Part shown: positions 1-10,097 of the stretch, piece by piece | Layout of the letters: each line of letters starts with the position of its first letter | Position numbering within the stretch: position 1 is the stretch's first letter | Position numbers and translations under genes: made by a program | Assembly (NCBI GenBank): GCA_038230375.1 | Contig: JBBRNJ010000017.1 | Coordinates: 57,501-121,500 of the forward strand | Direction: 5' to 3' | Source of the DNA: Polyangiales bacterium | GTDB lineage: Bacteria > Myxococcota_A > Polyangia > Polyangiales > Polyangiaceae | Length of the DNA stretch: 64,000 bases | Notes under the pieces: generated by a model | Databases searched by the model: none | Seen by the model: only the letters and a program-made list of their open reading frames with translations | What the model was told of the DNA's origin: nothing

Positions 1-1
1 C

Positions 2-739
2 TTCGGTGCGGATCTCATTCGCATGGGCCGCGCGGACGTGGTCGTGTGCGGCGCCGCAGAGCTGCTCCAGGAGCTGCAGTTCGCAGGCTTCGTACGGCTC
101 GCAGCCATGGCCAAGGAGCGCTGTCGCCCCTTCGACAAGAACCGCGAGGGACTCATCCTGGGTGAAGGCGCCGCAGTCCTCGTGCTCGAGTCCGAAGCGC
201 ACGCCGTCAGACGCAACGCCGCGGCGCAGGCCGAGGTGCTCGGCATGGGCCTCACGTGCGACGGCTACCACATCACGCGGCCCCATCCAGATGCGGCGGG
301 CTCGATCGAGGCGATGCGCCAGGCGATTGCACGCTCGGGCATCACGCCGGACGCCGTGGATTTCGTGAACGCACACGGCACGGGCACCAAGGCAAACGAC
401 GTGGCCGAGACCAAGGTGATGCACGACGTCTTCGCCGGCAGGCGCGTCCCCATCTCCAGCATGAAGAGCATGCTCGGCCACTGCATGGGCGCAGCGAGCG
501 CGCTCGAGGCCGCCGGCTGTGTCTTCACGCTCGAGACAGGCGTGTATCCGCCCACCATCGGCTTCGAGACTCCGGACCCCGAGTGCGACGTCGACGTGGT
601 GGCGAACGTCGCGCGCGAAGGCAAGGCCGACATCATCCTCAACAACTCGCTCGCGTTCGGCGGGTACAACGCCGTGACCTGCTTCTCGCGGCCCTACAAG
701 GTGCCCGAGCTTGGCCTTCCGGCCAGGGATCTTTCGTGA
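2..739 (+). CDS. Beta-ketoacyl-ACP synthase (FabF/type II KS-like), 5' end outside the window
   Basis: Open frame from base 2. Motifs RPFD..R.G..LGEG, NAHGTGT, KSMLGH, NNSLAFGG. Confidence 0.9.
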   Translation, partial: FGADLIRMGRADVVVCGAAELLQELQFAGFVRLAAMAKERCRPFDKNREGLILGEGAAVLVLESEAHAVRRNAAAQAEVLGMGLTCDGYHITRPHPDAAGSIEAMRQAIARSGITPDAVDFVNAHGTGTKANDVAETKVMHDVFAGRRVPISSMKSMLGHCMGAASALEAAGCVFTLETGVYPPTIGFETPDPECDVDVVANVAREGKADIILNNSLAFGGYNAVTCFSRPYKVPELGLPARDLS

Positions 740-1905
740 CGGCCTTGCGCGGCGCATACGGCAGCATGGCCGTGACTGGCATGTCCGTGCTCTCCGCAGC
801 AGGCATGGGCAAGGACCTCTTCTTCGCCGCCCTCGTGAAGGGCGAGCCCACGCGACCTTCCCCCGTCCAGGATCTGCACGCGTTCGATGCTGCGGCGTAC
901 GACGCGCCGAACATCGTCGAAGTGAAGGGCTTCGACCCCACCGTGCTGCTCGGCGACAAGGGGCTCCGCACGCTCGACCGCATCACGAAGCTGCTCATCG
1001 TGGCCGCCCGCATGTGCCTCCACGACGCCGGATTCAAGGTGGATGGACAGTGGCAGAAGAGCGAGCCCACGAAGGTCGGCTTCGTGTGCTCGAACGCGTA
1101 CGGCAGCCTGGAGGCGATCACCGAGCTCGATCGGGTGGCCCTCCTCGAGGACGCTCGCTACATCAACCCAGCGAAGTTCCCGAACACGGTCTCCAACAGC
1201 GCCGCGGGCTACGTGAGCATCTGGGAAGATCTGCGCGCGCTCAACGTGAGCGTGTCCAATGGCAACCCCGGAGCGCTCGACGCAGTCGGCATTGCGGAGG
1301 TGCACCTGGCGAGCGGGCGCGCGGACGCGCTCATCACGGGCGGTGGCGAGGCCATGTGCGAGGCGCTGTTCCTTGCATTCAAGAAGCTCGGCGCGCTGCG
1401 CTCACCGGGCTTCTGCCTGGGCGAAGGCGCTGCAATGGTGTGCCTTGAGCCGGAGCTCTCCGCGGAGTCGCGCGGCGCAACGATCCTCGCGCGCGTCACC
1501 GGCTACGGGACACACTTTGCTGCCCCCAAGGACGACGCGCTCCTTCACCCATCCGAGGAAGCCATGGGCACCGCCATCGAGCAAGCGCTCGAGAGCGCCG
1601 ACGTTTCCGCGAAGGACGTGGACCTCGTGATCTCCGGTCTATCGGGCCTGGCGCCGTTCGATGCGGCGGAGCTCGGCGCCATCCACGGTTCGATCGGCAG
1701 GACCGCAAACATCTTCGCTCCGAAGAAGCTTGTCGGCGAGTCACTCGGCGCGTCGGGCGCGCTCGCGCTGGTCGCAGCGGTGCACGCGCGGAACGGCGGC
1801 GGGCTCGGACGAATGGAAGCCGGCCACGCGGTGTCGCGACCGCGGCATGTGCTCGTGACGTCGCTCGGCTACTACGGCAATGCCTCTGCCCTCGTCACCT
1901 CCTGA
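736..1905 (+). CDS. Catalytically inactive ketosynthase / chain-length-factor-like subunit
   Basis: GTGA overlap with the upstream KS. KS fold motifs (FPNTVSNSAAG, GEGAA, VTSLGYYG), but the Cys/His/His triad positions read N (SNGNPG), GLSGL and GE. Confidence 0.8.
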   Translation: MTALRGAYGSMAVTGMSVLSAAGMGKDLFFAALVKGEPTRPSPVQDLHAFDAAAYDAPNIVEVKGFDPTVLLGDKGLRTLDRITKLLIVAARMCLHDAGFKVDGQWQKSEPTKVGFVCSNAYGSLEAITELDRVALLEDARYINPAKFPNTVSNSAAGYVSIWEDLRALNVSVSNGNPGALDAVGIAEVHLASGRADALITGGGEAMCEALFLAFKKLGALRSPGFCLGEGAAMVCLEPELSAESRGATILARVTGYGTHFAAPKDDALLHPSEEAMGTAIEQALESADVSAKDVDLVISGLSGLAPFDAAELGAIHGSIGRTANIFAPKKLVGESLGASGALALVAAVHARNGGGLGRMEAGHAVSRPRHVLVTSLGYYGNASALVTS

Positions 1906-2287
1906 CGTTGCCCACGCGGCGGACGCCGCTCGAAATCGCCTGGTTTGGGCCAAAATCATGAGCTTTGTCGGGCGGCAGCATGCCCTCCCGGACCTGGTCG
2001 GTGGCCCAGCTGTGCGATGGCACGAAATCGCATTTCGGACGCCGGTCGGGGCGGCGGCCGCTTACGCAACATGGGTGCAAGATTCACGTTTCTTTTTCGC
2101 GCGTGGCGTTATCCTTTTTGAGTGAGGTGGCGGTGGAGGAGGCCGCGACGAAGGATGATGCGAGTGAGCCGGAAGGGCGAACGACTTGCCCGCGCCGAGC
2201 GACCGACTGGAGTGAAGGCATGAGCTTGCGAGTCAGCCCGCATCGCGAGCGCCGCGCCTGTGCCGAGCGACCGAAGGGAGTGTATGG

Positions 2288-2632
2288 ATGAACATCGCGA
2301 TCACGTTCCGACAGATGGAAGCCACCGAGTCCATGAAGTCCTACGCACAGGACAAAGTCGGCAAGCTGCAGAAGTTCCTGCGCCAACCCATCAAGGGGCA
2401 CGTCACCTTGATGTGCCAGAAGACCATTCAATCAGCCGAGGTTGATGTACACGCAGGCGGTGAGCACTTCCACGCAGCGGAAACGTCGGAGGACATGTAT
2501 GCCTCCATCGACAAGGTGATCGACAAACTCGAGGCGCAGATTCGCAAGACGAACGGCGTCGTGGTCGCCAAGAAGAAGGGCGCAGAGCGCGCCTCGGAGC
2601 GCCTCCTTCCAGAAGGTGCCGAAGACGAGTAG
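2288..2632 (+). CDS. hpf: Ribosome hibernation promoting factor (short HPF/RaiA)
   Basis: MNIAITFRQM... and DMYASIDKVIDKLEAQIRK signature. SD GGGAG upstream. Confidence 0.92.
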   Translation: MNIAITFRQMEATESMKSYAQDKVGKLQKFLRQPIKGHVTLMCQKTIQSAEVDVHAGGEHFHAAETSEDMYASIDKVIDKLEAQIRKTNGVVVAKKKGAERASERLLPEGAEDE

Positions 2633-2662
2633 AAGGAAGGAAGCTAGACAGTCCTTCGCAAC

Positions 2663-2706
2663 TTGAAGACGCGCCCCTTGCGGTGGGGGTGGGGCGCGCT
2701 CTTCAA
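2663..2706 (+). promoter_or_regulatory. Long inverted repeat between hpf and ptsN (hairpin without U-tract)
   Basis: TTGAAGACGCGCCCC ... GGGGCGCG(C)TCTTCAA, 15-bp stem with one bulge. Confidence 0.55.
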
Positions 2707-2722
2707 GGGTCCCGAGAATTCA

Positions 2723-3271
2723 ATGCGACTCGCCGAACTCCTCAGCCCCGACCGCATCGCCATCCGTAGGTCCTCGTCCGCGCCAGACTCGAAGGGCGCG
2801 AAGCTGGACAAGCCGGGTGCACTTCATGAGTTGGCAGGCATGCTGGGACGCGGAACAAGCACGGATGCAGCAGAGGTGGAGCGCGTGCTCGCGGAGCGCG
2901 AGGCGCTTCAGTCCACGGGTATCGGCGAAGGCGTCGCGATTCCGCATGGCGCGCTTGCGGACGTGTCCAGCCAGTGCGCGGCGTTGCTCCTGGTGCCGGA
3001 CGGCCTGGACTTCTCCTCCATCGACGAGCGGGCCGTCCACATCCTCTTTGCGGTGGTGGGCCCGAAGAAGGCGACCGGTGAGCACCTCCGCACGCTCGCG
3101 CGTGTCTCACGTCTGCTGAAGAGCGCAGAGTTCCGCGGCAAGCTGCTCTCGCAAGACAACCCGACCGCCGCGTTCGATCTGATCGCCACCGAGGAGTCCA
3201 ACACGCTCGCGCCCGCGCCGTATCGCGACGCTGGTAACGGCACTGACGGGGAGCGGGGGGGAAAGACTTGA
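2723..3271 (+). CDS. ptsN: PTS IIA-Ntr-like protein
   Basis: ERE..STGIGEGVAIPH motif and HLRTLARVSRLL. Position after hpf. Confidence 0.9.
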   Translation: MRLAELLSPDRIAIRRSSSAPDSKGAKLDKPGALHELAGMLGRGTSTDAAEVERVLAEREALQSTGIGEGVAIPHGALADVSSQCAALLLVPDGLDFSSIDERAVHILFAVVGPKKATGEHLRTLARVSRLLKSAEFRGKLLSQDNPTAAFDLIATEESNTLAPAPYRDAGNGTDGERGGKT

Positions 3272-4404
3272 TCGCCGCGCCGGCTTCGGTCCCACCGCCG
3301 CCGCAGCACGTGACGGTGGGCGAGTTTGCGACGGACCCAAGGCTCGGCATCGCGCTCACGCTGATCGCTGGTGCCGCCGGCACGAACAGGCCGCTGCGAC
3401 ATCCGCGCGTGCAGAAGAGCGGGCTCGCGCTCGCAGGCCACTACTACGGCGTTGTCCCCACACGCGTGCAGGTCTTCGGCGAGACGGAGCTGTCGTACCT
3501 GGACAGCATCACGCCCGAGGCACGCAGCCTCTCCTGTCGTGGCTTCTTCGCGCTTGGCCTCTCGTGCGTGGTCCTGACGCGCGAGGGCTCGCCGCAGAGG
3601 GCGCTTGCCGCCGCCGCCGAGGCCACGAGCACGCCGCTCTACATCTCCGACGCGCGCACCTCCAAGACCATCAACGCCGTGCACGCCACCCTGGACGAGC
3701 GGCTTGCGCCGAGCACGCAACTGCACGGCGTGCTGGTCGACGTGTTCGGTGTCGGGCTGCTCCTCCTTGGCAAGAGCGGGATCGGCAAGAGCGAGTGCGC
3801 TGTCGAGCTCGTGCTCCGCGGCCACCGCCTCGTTGCGGACGACGTGGTTCGCTGCGACTGGCGCCCACCCGGCATGGTGTTCGGCGCGCCCGCGGATCTC
3901 CTCCGCCACCACGTAGAGGTGCGCGGCCTTGGCATCTTGAACCTGAAGGAGATGTTCGGCGTCACGGCCGTGCGCGAGCGAAAGCGCATTGACGTGGTCG
4001 TGAAGCTCGAGGAATGGAACGAGAGCGCGGAGTACGATCGCCTCGGCATCACGGACCAGTTCCACCCCATCCTCGGCCAGCCCATCCGCATGCTCACCGT
4101 GCCGGTGCGACCCGCGCGCGACATGGGGTCGATCCTGGAGATGGCCGCGCGAAACGAGCTCCTCCGTCGCGCCGGAAAGAACCCCGCGAAGGACTTCATC
4201 AACCGCGTGGAGGGCGCACGCACAGCCGAGCTCAACGCCATCGTCGACGCACCCGAGAGCGTCGCGGGCCCCGTCGTGATCGCCTCCGAGGCCGACATCG
4301 TACCGCCGCCGAACAGCAGCCTTGCCCGCGGAGAGCCCGCGCGCCTGACGGAGAGCTCTGCGTGGATCCCGGCCGTGCGCCCCCGCACGGATGGTGACTC
4401 GTGA
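3268..4404 (+). CDS. hprK: HPr kinase/phosphorylase
   Basis: HGVLVDVFGVG, Walker A GKSGIGKSE, LVADD, EVRGLGI. Confidence 0.95.
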   Translation: MIAAPASVPPPPQHVTVGEFATDPRLGIALTLIAGAAGTNRPLRHPRVQKSGLALAGHYYGVVPTRVQVFGETELSYLDSITPEARSLSCRGFFALGLSCVVLTREGSPQRALAAAAEATSTPLYISDARTSKTINAVHATLDERLAPSTQLHGVLVDVFGVGLLLLGKSGIGKSECAVELVLRGHRLVADDVVRCDWRPPGMVFGAPADLLRHHVEVRGLGILNLKEMFGVTAVRERKRIDVVVKLEEWNESAEYDRLGITDQFHPILGQPIRMLTVPVRPARDMGSILEMAARNELLRRAGKNPAKDFINRVEGARTAELNAIVDAPESVAGPVVIASEADIVPPPNSSLARGEPARLTESSAWIPAVRPRTDGDS

Positions 4405-5411
4405 CGGGCCCGATCGACCGACCTTCGGAGCGAGGTGGAAAGCCCGTGGTCGCAGTGATCACCGGACTGTCGGGCGCAGGTCGCTCGACGGCGCTGCATG
4501 CGCTCGAGGACCTTGGCTTCTTCTGCATCGACAACCTGCCCACGGTGCTCGCGCCAGAGGCAGTGAAGCTCTGCGAGCGCGGCGGCATGTCGCGCGTGGC
4601 GCTCGGCATCGATGTGCGCGTACGCGCGTTCCTGGGCTCCGTGGGTGAGACCCTTGCCAAGATCGAGAGCGACGGCGCGCGCGATCTTCATGTCATCTTC
4701 CTGGATGCCTCCGATGAGGCCATCCTTCAGCGCTTCAGCGAGACGCGACGCCCACACGCACTTGCCACCGGACGCGACGGCGCCGGCGGCGTCCTTGACG
4801 GCGTCCAGATCGAGCGCGAGCGCCTCTCCCCTCTTCGTGCGCGTGCGACCCGCGTGATCGACACCACGCGGCTCAGCGTCCACGAGCTGCGACGTCAGAT
4901 CGTGGCGGAGTTCGGCCCCGCTGGCGAGGGCGCCACGCCGATGCAAGTTCGCGTCGTGTCGTTCGGCTTCAAGTATGGCGCGCCGGTGGATGCCGATCTG
5001 GTGTTCGACGTGCGCTTTCTGAAGAACCCGTTCTTCGTGCCCGACCTGCGACCGCTGACGGGGCAGGACGCGCGCGTCTCGAAGTTCGTGATGGAGCTCC
5101 CCGAGACGGCGGAGTTCCTTGAGCACACGATCCGCCTCCTCAAGTACGTGCTCCCCAAGTACGAGCGCGAGGGCAAGAGCTACCTCACGATCGGCGTGGG
5201 CTGCACGGGCGGACGGCATCGCTCCGTGACGCTCGCCAATGCGATCGGTAGGGAGCTAGGCGCGGCCGTGGTTCATCGCGACATCTCGCGCGAGCCCCCG
5301 CCGTCGCAGCCGCGGCCGCCAATGGCAATGGACCACGCAACCCAGAGCGAGCTCGCGGCGGAGCTCTCCCCGCTACCTCAGGCTGCAACGGAGACACCCC
5401 ATCGTGACTGA
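4401..5411 (+). CDS. rapZ: RNase adapter RapZ (YvcJ/YhbJ)
   Basis: GLSGAGRS, CIDNLP, SFGFKYG, GCTGGRHRSV. Confidence 0.95.
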   Translation: MTGPIDRPSERGGKPVVAVITGLSGAGRSTALHALEDLGFFCIDNLPTVLAPEAVKLCERGGMSRVALGIDVRVRAFLGSVGETLAKIESDGARDLHVIFLDASDEAILQRFSETRRPHALATGRDGAGGVLDGVQIERERLSPLRARATRVIDTTRLSVHELRRQIVAEFGPAGEGATPMQVRVVSFGFKYGAPVDADLVFDVRFLKNPFFVPDLRPLTGQDARVSKFVMELPETAEFLEHTIRLLKYVLPKYEREGKSYLTIGVGCTGGRHRSVTLANAIGRELGAAVVHRDISREPPPSQPRPPMAMDHATQSELAAELSPLPQAATETPHRD

Positions 5412-5463
5412 GAGGCGCGCTCCAATCATGCTAGAAGAGGCTCTCGAAGGGGGCTTGTGAGCC

Positions 5464-5739
5464 ATGGCGGAGACGCGCGAAGACTTCACGATCGTGAACA
5501 AGCTCGGCCTGCATGCGCGGGCCGCGACGAAGCTCGTGCAGCTCGCGTCCAAGTTCCCGTGTGAAGTGGAGCTGAGCTACGAGGGCCAGAGCGTCAACGC
5601 AAAGAGCGTGATGGGTGTGCTCCTCCTCTGTGGCTCCATGGGCGCCGTGGTCAGCGTGACCGCGCGAGGCGAGAAATCGCTCGAATGCGTCACTGCCATC
5701 GGCGACCTGATACGCGGCAAGTTCGGGGAGAGCGAGTGA
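5464..5739 (+). CDS. ptsH: Phosphocarrier HPr/NPr
   Basis: GLHARAA (His15) and NAKSVMG (Ser46). Confidence 0.95.
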   Translation: MAETREDFTIVNKLGLHARAATKLVQLASKFPCEVELSYEGQSVNAKSVMGVLLLCGSMGAVVSVTARGEKSLECVTAIGDLIRGKFGESE

Positions 5740-7616
5740 CCGGGGGCAAGAGAGACTCCAGGGTCCCGAGCGCGCCTCCGACACTGCCTCCGGGTGCGCT
5801 GCTTGGCCGCGAGCCGATCACGCTTCGAGGCATCGCGGGGTCCGCCGGTGTAGCCGTTGGCAAGGCAGTCGTCCTGGGCGACGCCACCGCGCAGATCGTC
5901 CGCAAACACATCGCCAGCTCGCACATCGCCGACGAGGTCGCGCGGCTCCATACGGCGGTGCATGCCGCGAAGGACGCCGTCCGCGAGATCGAGGCGCGGC
6001 TGACCGGTATCGGGCCCGAGACCACCACCATCCTCGAGGCGTATCAGCTGATGCTGAGCGACCCGCTGCTGCTCACCGCGGTGGAGAAGAAGGTGCGCAA
6101 CGAGAAGAAGTGCGCCGAGTGGGCCGTGGTCGAGGCGAAGGAAGAGATCGCCGCTGCGTTCGGCCCCACGGAGACGAACGACAGGGACGCCTACATCGCT
6201 GCGCGACGCCACGACGTCGAGTTCGTCTGCGACCGGCTCCTGCGTGCGCTGGTCGGGGCTCCTCACGCCGTGCTCGATCTGGACGAACCTTCCATCATCG
6301 TCGCAAAGGATCTCTCGCCAGCAGACACGGCGAGCATGACCAAGATGCCGGTCCTTGGCTTCCTGACCGAGATCGGGTCACGGACCAGCCACACCGCGAT
6401 CATGGCGCGCGCGCTGGAGATCCCGTGCGTCGTGGGTGTCCAGGACGCGATGAGCCAGGTGCGCACGGGCGACACCGTCATCGTGGACGGCCTGTCTGGC
6501 CTGGTGACGATCCATCCCAGCGACATAAGCGTGCATGATGCACGCGTTCGCGCCGCGCAGCACGTGGCGTTCGCCAAGCGCCTCCTGCTCGGCCGCGACC
6601 GTCCGTGCAGGACCGCGTGCGGGCAGCCCGTATCTCTCAAGGCGAACGTGGAGCTGCCGGCAGAGGCCGTGTTCGCAGTGGACCACGGCGCCGAGGGCGT
6701 GGGCCTCTATCGTACGGAGTTCCTCTACATCGACCGCGACGTGCTCCCCACCGAAGAGGAGCAGTTCGAGATCTTCCGCGCCGTCATGCTCTCCATGGGC
6801 GACAGGCCGGTGACTCTTCGGACGTTCGATCTGGGCGGCGACAAGTTCGCGAGCTCGTTCCCGCTGCCCGCGGAGATGAACCCCGCGCTCGGCCTGCGAG
6901 CCGTGCGTCTTGCTCTCAAGGCGCCCGACGTGTTCCTCACGCAGCTGCGCGCCATGGCCCGCGCCAGCGCGTTTGGCGACCTTCGCATCATGATCCCGAT
7001 GATCTCGACCGTGCACGAGATGCGCGAGTCGCGCCGCCTGTTCGAACAGGCCGTGGAGGAGGTCCGCGCGCGAGGCCACGCCGTTCGTGACCACGTGCCG
7101 TTCGGCATGATGATCGAGGTGCCCTCTGCCGCAGTCATGGCGGACGTGTTCGCGCGGGAGGCAGATTTCTTCAGCATCGGAACGAACGACCTCGTCCAGT
7201 ATTCGCTCGCAATCGATCGCGCCAGCCGCTCGCTTGCAGACCTGGCGAGCCCGCTCGACCCGTCCATCCTGCGGCTCATCCACGGGGCCACCCGCGCCGC
7301 GATAAACCGCGGCATCCCGATCTCGGTATGCGGCGCAATGGCCTCCGACCCCGTCGCGGCATCGCTCCTCGTGGGGCTTGGCCTGCGTGAGCTGTCCATG
7401 GAGGCCGCGGCGATCCCGGAGATCAAGGAGGCGATCGCCCGCATCACCCTGGCCGAGGCAGAGAACCTGGCCGAGGCTGCCCTGGGCATGGACAGCGCCG
7501 TCTCCGTGCGCGAGCTGCTCGACCGCGAGCTCGCTCCGAGACTCATCGACATCCTCTCCGGCGTGGCTGACGAGTCCGTGACCATCACCCGCAGCTCCTC
7601 GCCGCCTCGCGCGTAG
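5736..7616 (+). CDS. ptsI: PEP-protein phosphotransferase, enzyme I (no GAF domain)
   Basis: GTGA overlap with ptsH. TSHTAIMAR, GVGLYRTEFL, FFSIGTNDL, CGAMA. Confidence 0.95.
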   Translation: MTGGKRDSRVPSAPPTLPPGALLGREPITLRGIAGSAGVAVGKAVVLGDATAQIVRKHIASSHIADEVARLHTAVHAAKDAVREIEARLTGIGPETTTILEAYQLMLSDPLLLTAVEKKVRNEKKCAEWAVVEAKEEIAAAFGPTETNDRDAYIAARRHDVEFVCDRLLRALVGAPHAVLDLDEPSIIVAKDLSPADTASMTKMPVLGFLTEIGSRTSHTAIMARALEIPCVVGVQDAMSQVRTGDTVIVDGLSGLVTIHPSDISVHDARVRAAQHVAFAKRLLLGRDRPCRTACGQPVSLKANVELPAEAVFAVDHGAEGVGLYRTEFLYIDRDVLPTEEEQFEIFRAVMLSMGDRPVTLRTFDLGGDKFASSFPLPAEMNPALGLRAVRLALKAPDVFLTQLRAMARASAFGDLRIMIPMISTVHEMRESRRLFEQAVEEVRARGHAVRDHVPFGMMIEVPSAAVMADVFAREADFFSIGTNDLVQYSLAIDRASRSLADLASPLDPSILRLIHGATRAAINRGIPISVCGAMASDPVAASLLVGLGLRELSMEAAAIPEIKEAIARITLAEAENLAEAALGMDSAVSVRELLDRELAPRLIDILSGVADESVTITRSSSPPRA

Positions 7617-7699
7617 CCCCGTCTCCTGGCTGTCGCATCGCGTTCACGGAAATTCGGCTTGTACCCGGCGAATGTCTTGATGGTAGGGTGCCGGCCGCC

Positions 7700-10090
7700 A
7701 TGGGAAGTTGGTTCACTCGAGCTCTCGCCTTCGCTGCGACCGTCGGCTTCTGTGTTGGCGCGTCCACGCTTCCGGGCTGCACGGACAACGGGCCGAATCC
7801 GGTCTCGTCGCCCTGTCCGCCCGGTAAGACGTGCGAGGTGCGCCTCACGCTGCTCCACACGTCGGACATCCACTCGCGTCTGTTTGCCTACGACCAGATC
7901 ATCACGCAGATCGACTCGAACCTGGGCCTGGGGCCGCTGAACCAGAACGCGCACGTCGGCGGAGTGACGCGCCTCGCGTACCTGATCAATCGTGAGCGCG
8001 CGCGGGCGAACCGCGTGCTGCACCTGGACTCCGGCGATGCGTTCCAAGGCGCGCCGGTCTTCAACTTCTTCTCCGGCGAGCCGGAGATGCGTTACCAGTC
8101 GATGATCGGCGTCGACGCCGCGGTCATCGGCAACCACGAGTTCGACCGCGGCATGAACAACCTGGTCTACCAGTACCAGCGCTACGCCAAGTTCCCGGTC
8201 CTCGCGGCCAACTACAACTTCGGGAGCAACCAGTCTCCCGGCTTCACGGCGCTCGGCACGGTGGCCGCTCCTTTCACGGTGTTCAATCAGGAGGGCCTCA
8301 AGATCGCCGTCATCGGCATGGGGAACCTCTCCAGCCTTGGCTCGATCTTCGATCAGCCGAACTCCACCGGAATTCGCCCGCTCAACTCGCACGAGGTCGC
8401 GCAGTTCTACATCGATCTGCTTCGGCCGTACGTGGACGTCGTGGTCATGCTCACGCACCTGGGGCTCGAGGCAGACCAGGACATGGTCCGCAACACCACC
8501 GGCGTCGACGCCGTCCTCGGCGGTCACAATCACATCGTCATCAACCCGCCGCAGCAGCTGCAAGACTGCTCCGCGGACCAGCTGGACCCAGGCTTCATCT
8601 GGGAAGTCGACCCCAACATCGACATTCCGTCGGAAGGAACGCCGCCGAACGACGCGAAGCACCCGGACCCGATCCGCCATCCGTACCAGTTCAAGCGCCC
8701 GTGCCACACGCGCAATGTGCTCATCATGCACTCGGGAGCGTTCGCCAAGTACCTTGGTCGGCTCGATCTCGTCCTGTCGAACGAGCCCACGCAGGCCGCG
8801 GCGCCGGACGGCAACTACGACCCGACGAACGGCTTCGAGATCATCTCGAGCACCTACACGCCCTTCCCCGTCACGAACGACCTCCCGGAAGATCCGGTGA
8901 TCGTCGAGATGCTCCAGCCGTACCAGCGCGCGCTCGACAAGGTCGCCGACCTCGACATCCTCGTGGGCTACAGCCCGAACGGCGCCAAGCGCATCGCCAG
9001 CAACGGCGGTGACTCGCCGCTCGGGAACATGATCTCGAACGCCATGTGGCTCCGGCTCGGCATCCAGACGGACTTCGCCCTCACGAACTCCACCGGCGTC
9101 CGCGCGGACCTGAACCCCGGCCCGGTCACTGTGGAGGAGATCTACAACATCTTCCCGTTCGACAACTCGATCAGCAAGATGCAGCTCTCCGGCCTCGAGG
9201 TGCAGGAGATGTTCGACTTCGTCGCGCGCCGAACGGCGAGCCGCGGCTGCGCATCGCAGGTCCAGATCGCTGGCGTGCGCGTCCAGCTGAACTGCTCCGG
9301 ATGCGCGCGGCCCGACGCGGGCCAGCTTTGCGTGGTCGACACAGACTGCCCGGATCAGTCCACGGGCTCGTGCGCCGCCGGCCACTGCAAAGTGAGCGCG
9401 TGCGCGGACAACGTCTTCATCGGTCACCAGGCCGACCAGAAGGATCCGTCCGGCAAGACCTACCGCAAGTGCATGGTCGACACCGACTGCACGGAGAAGA
9501 TCCCCGGCCAGTGCGACCACGGCCCGCCGAGCAACGCATCGGGGCCGGGCTTCTGCCTCTCCCCCATCGGCGCGACCAACCTGTACGAGCTCGCGACCAG
9601 CAACTACATCGCAGGAGGCGGCTCGGGCTTCCGCGTCCTCCAGCGAAACACCACGCAGTTCGACACGAAGATCCAGCAGCGTGACGCGCTCATCGACTAC
9701 CTGCGCCAGGGCAAGCCGTGCGGCTACGACCCGGCCGCCGGCACATCGGAGGGACTGAAGTCCTGCGCGCAGAACTCGGACTGCAGCGCGGACGGCGCCT
9801 TCATCTGTGCGTGCCCCGGTCACGCAACGGCGACCGGTTCTGGAACCTCACTCACCTGCGCCACTACGGGCGTGTGCGGAACGGATCTGGGGCGCTGCGT
9901 ACGCGCGGACTGCCGCGACCAGGTCGCTCGGTTCCACGCCCGCTCGTGCGCAACGTCGCCGAACGCGGAGCAGTGCAACACCGACCTGAACGCCTGCGCG
10001 CTCGGCGGTGAAGAGTGCAAGTTCCTCTCGTGCGTCGACGAGAACCTGGGCAACTACTCCGACAACCGCGTGCAATTGATCGGCAAATGA
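7700..10090 (+). CDS. 5'-nucleotidase/metallophosphoesterase family lipoprotein with Cys-rich insertions
   Basis: Lipobox LPGC. LHTSDIHS, DSGD, GNHEFD, THLG, GGHNH, plus C-domain motifs NSTGVR and PFDN. Confidence 0.85.
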   Translation: MGSWFTRALAFAATVGFCVGASTLPGCTDNGPNPVSSPCPPGKTCEVRLTLLHTSDIHSRLFAYDQIITQIDSNLGLGPLNQNAHVGGVTRLAYLINRERARANRVLHLDSGDAFQGAPVFNFFSGEPEMRYQSMIGVDAAVIGNHEFDRGMNNLVYQYQRYAKFPVLAANYNFGSNQSPGFTALGTVAAPFTVFNQEGLKIAVIGMGNLSSLGSIFDQPNSTGIRPLNSHEVAQFYIDLLRPYVDVVVMLTHLGLEADQDMVRNTTGVDAVLGGHNHIVINPPQQLQDCSADQLDPGFIWEVDPNIDIPSEGTPPNDAKHPDPIRHPYQFKRPCHTRNVLIMHSGAFAKYLGRLDLVLSNEPTQAAAPDGNYDPTNGFEIISSTYTPFPVTNDLPEDPVIVEMLQPYQRALDKVADLDILVGYSPNGAKRIASNGGDSPLGNMISNAMWLRLGIQTDFALTNSTGVRADLNPGPVTVEEIYNIFPFDNSISKMQLSGLEVQEMFDFVARRTASRGCASQVQIAGVRVQLNCSGCARPDAGQLCVVDTDCPDQSTGSCAAGHCKVSACADNVFIGHQADQKDPSGKTYRKCMVDTDCTEKIPGQCDHGPPSNASGPGFCLSPIGATNLYELATSNYIAGGGSGFRVLQRNTTQFDTKIQQRDALIDYLRQGKPCGYDPAAGTSEGLKSCAQNSDCSADGAFICACPGHATATGSGTSLTCATTGVCGTDLGRCVRADCRDQVARFHARSCATSPNAEQCNTDLNACALGGEECKFLSCVDENLGNYSDNRVQLIGK

Positions 10091-10097
10091 AGCTCAA

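Noticed and set aside
256..735. N-terminal extensions given by the ORF track (also 34980, 5685, 58405, 29206)
   Set aside because: They overlap upstream genes; coupled GTGA/ATGA or SD-supported starts are preferred.
2018..2230. Sigma54-like sites upstream of hpf (TGGCACGAAATCGCA; AGGCATGAGCTTGC)
   Set aside because: GG-to-GC spacing is 9 nt in both; sigma54 promoters need 10.
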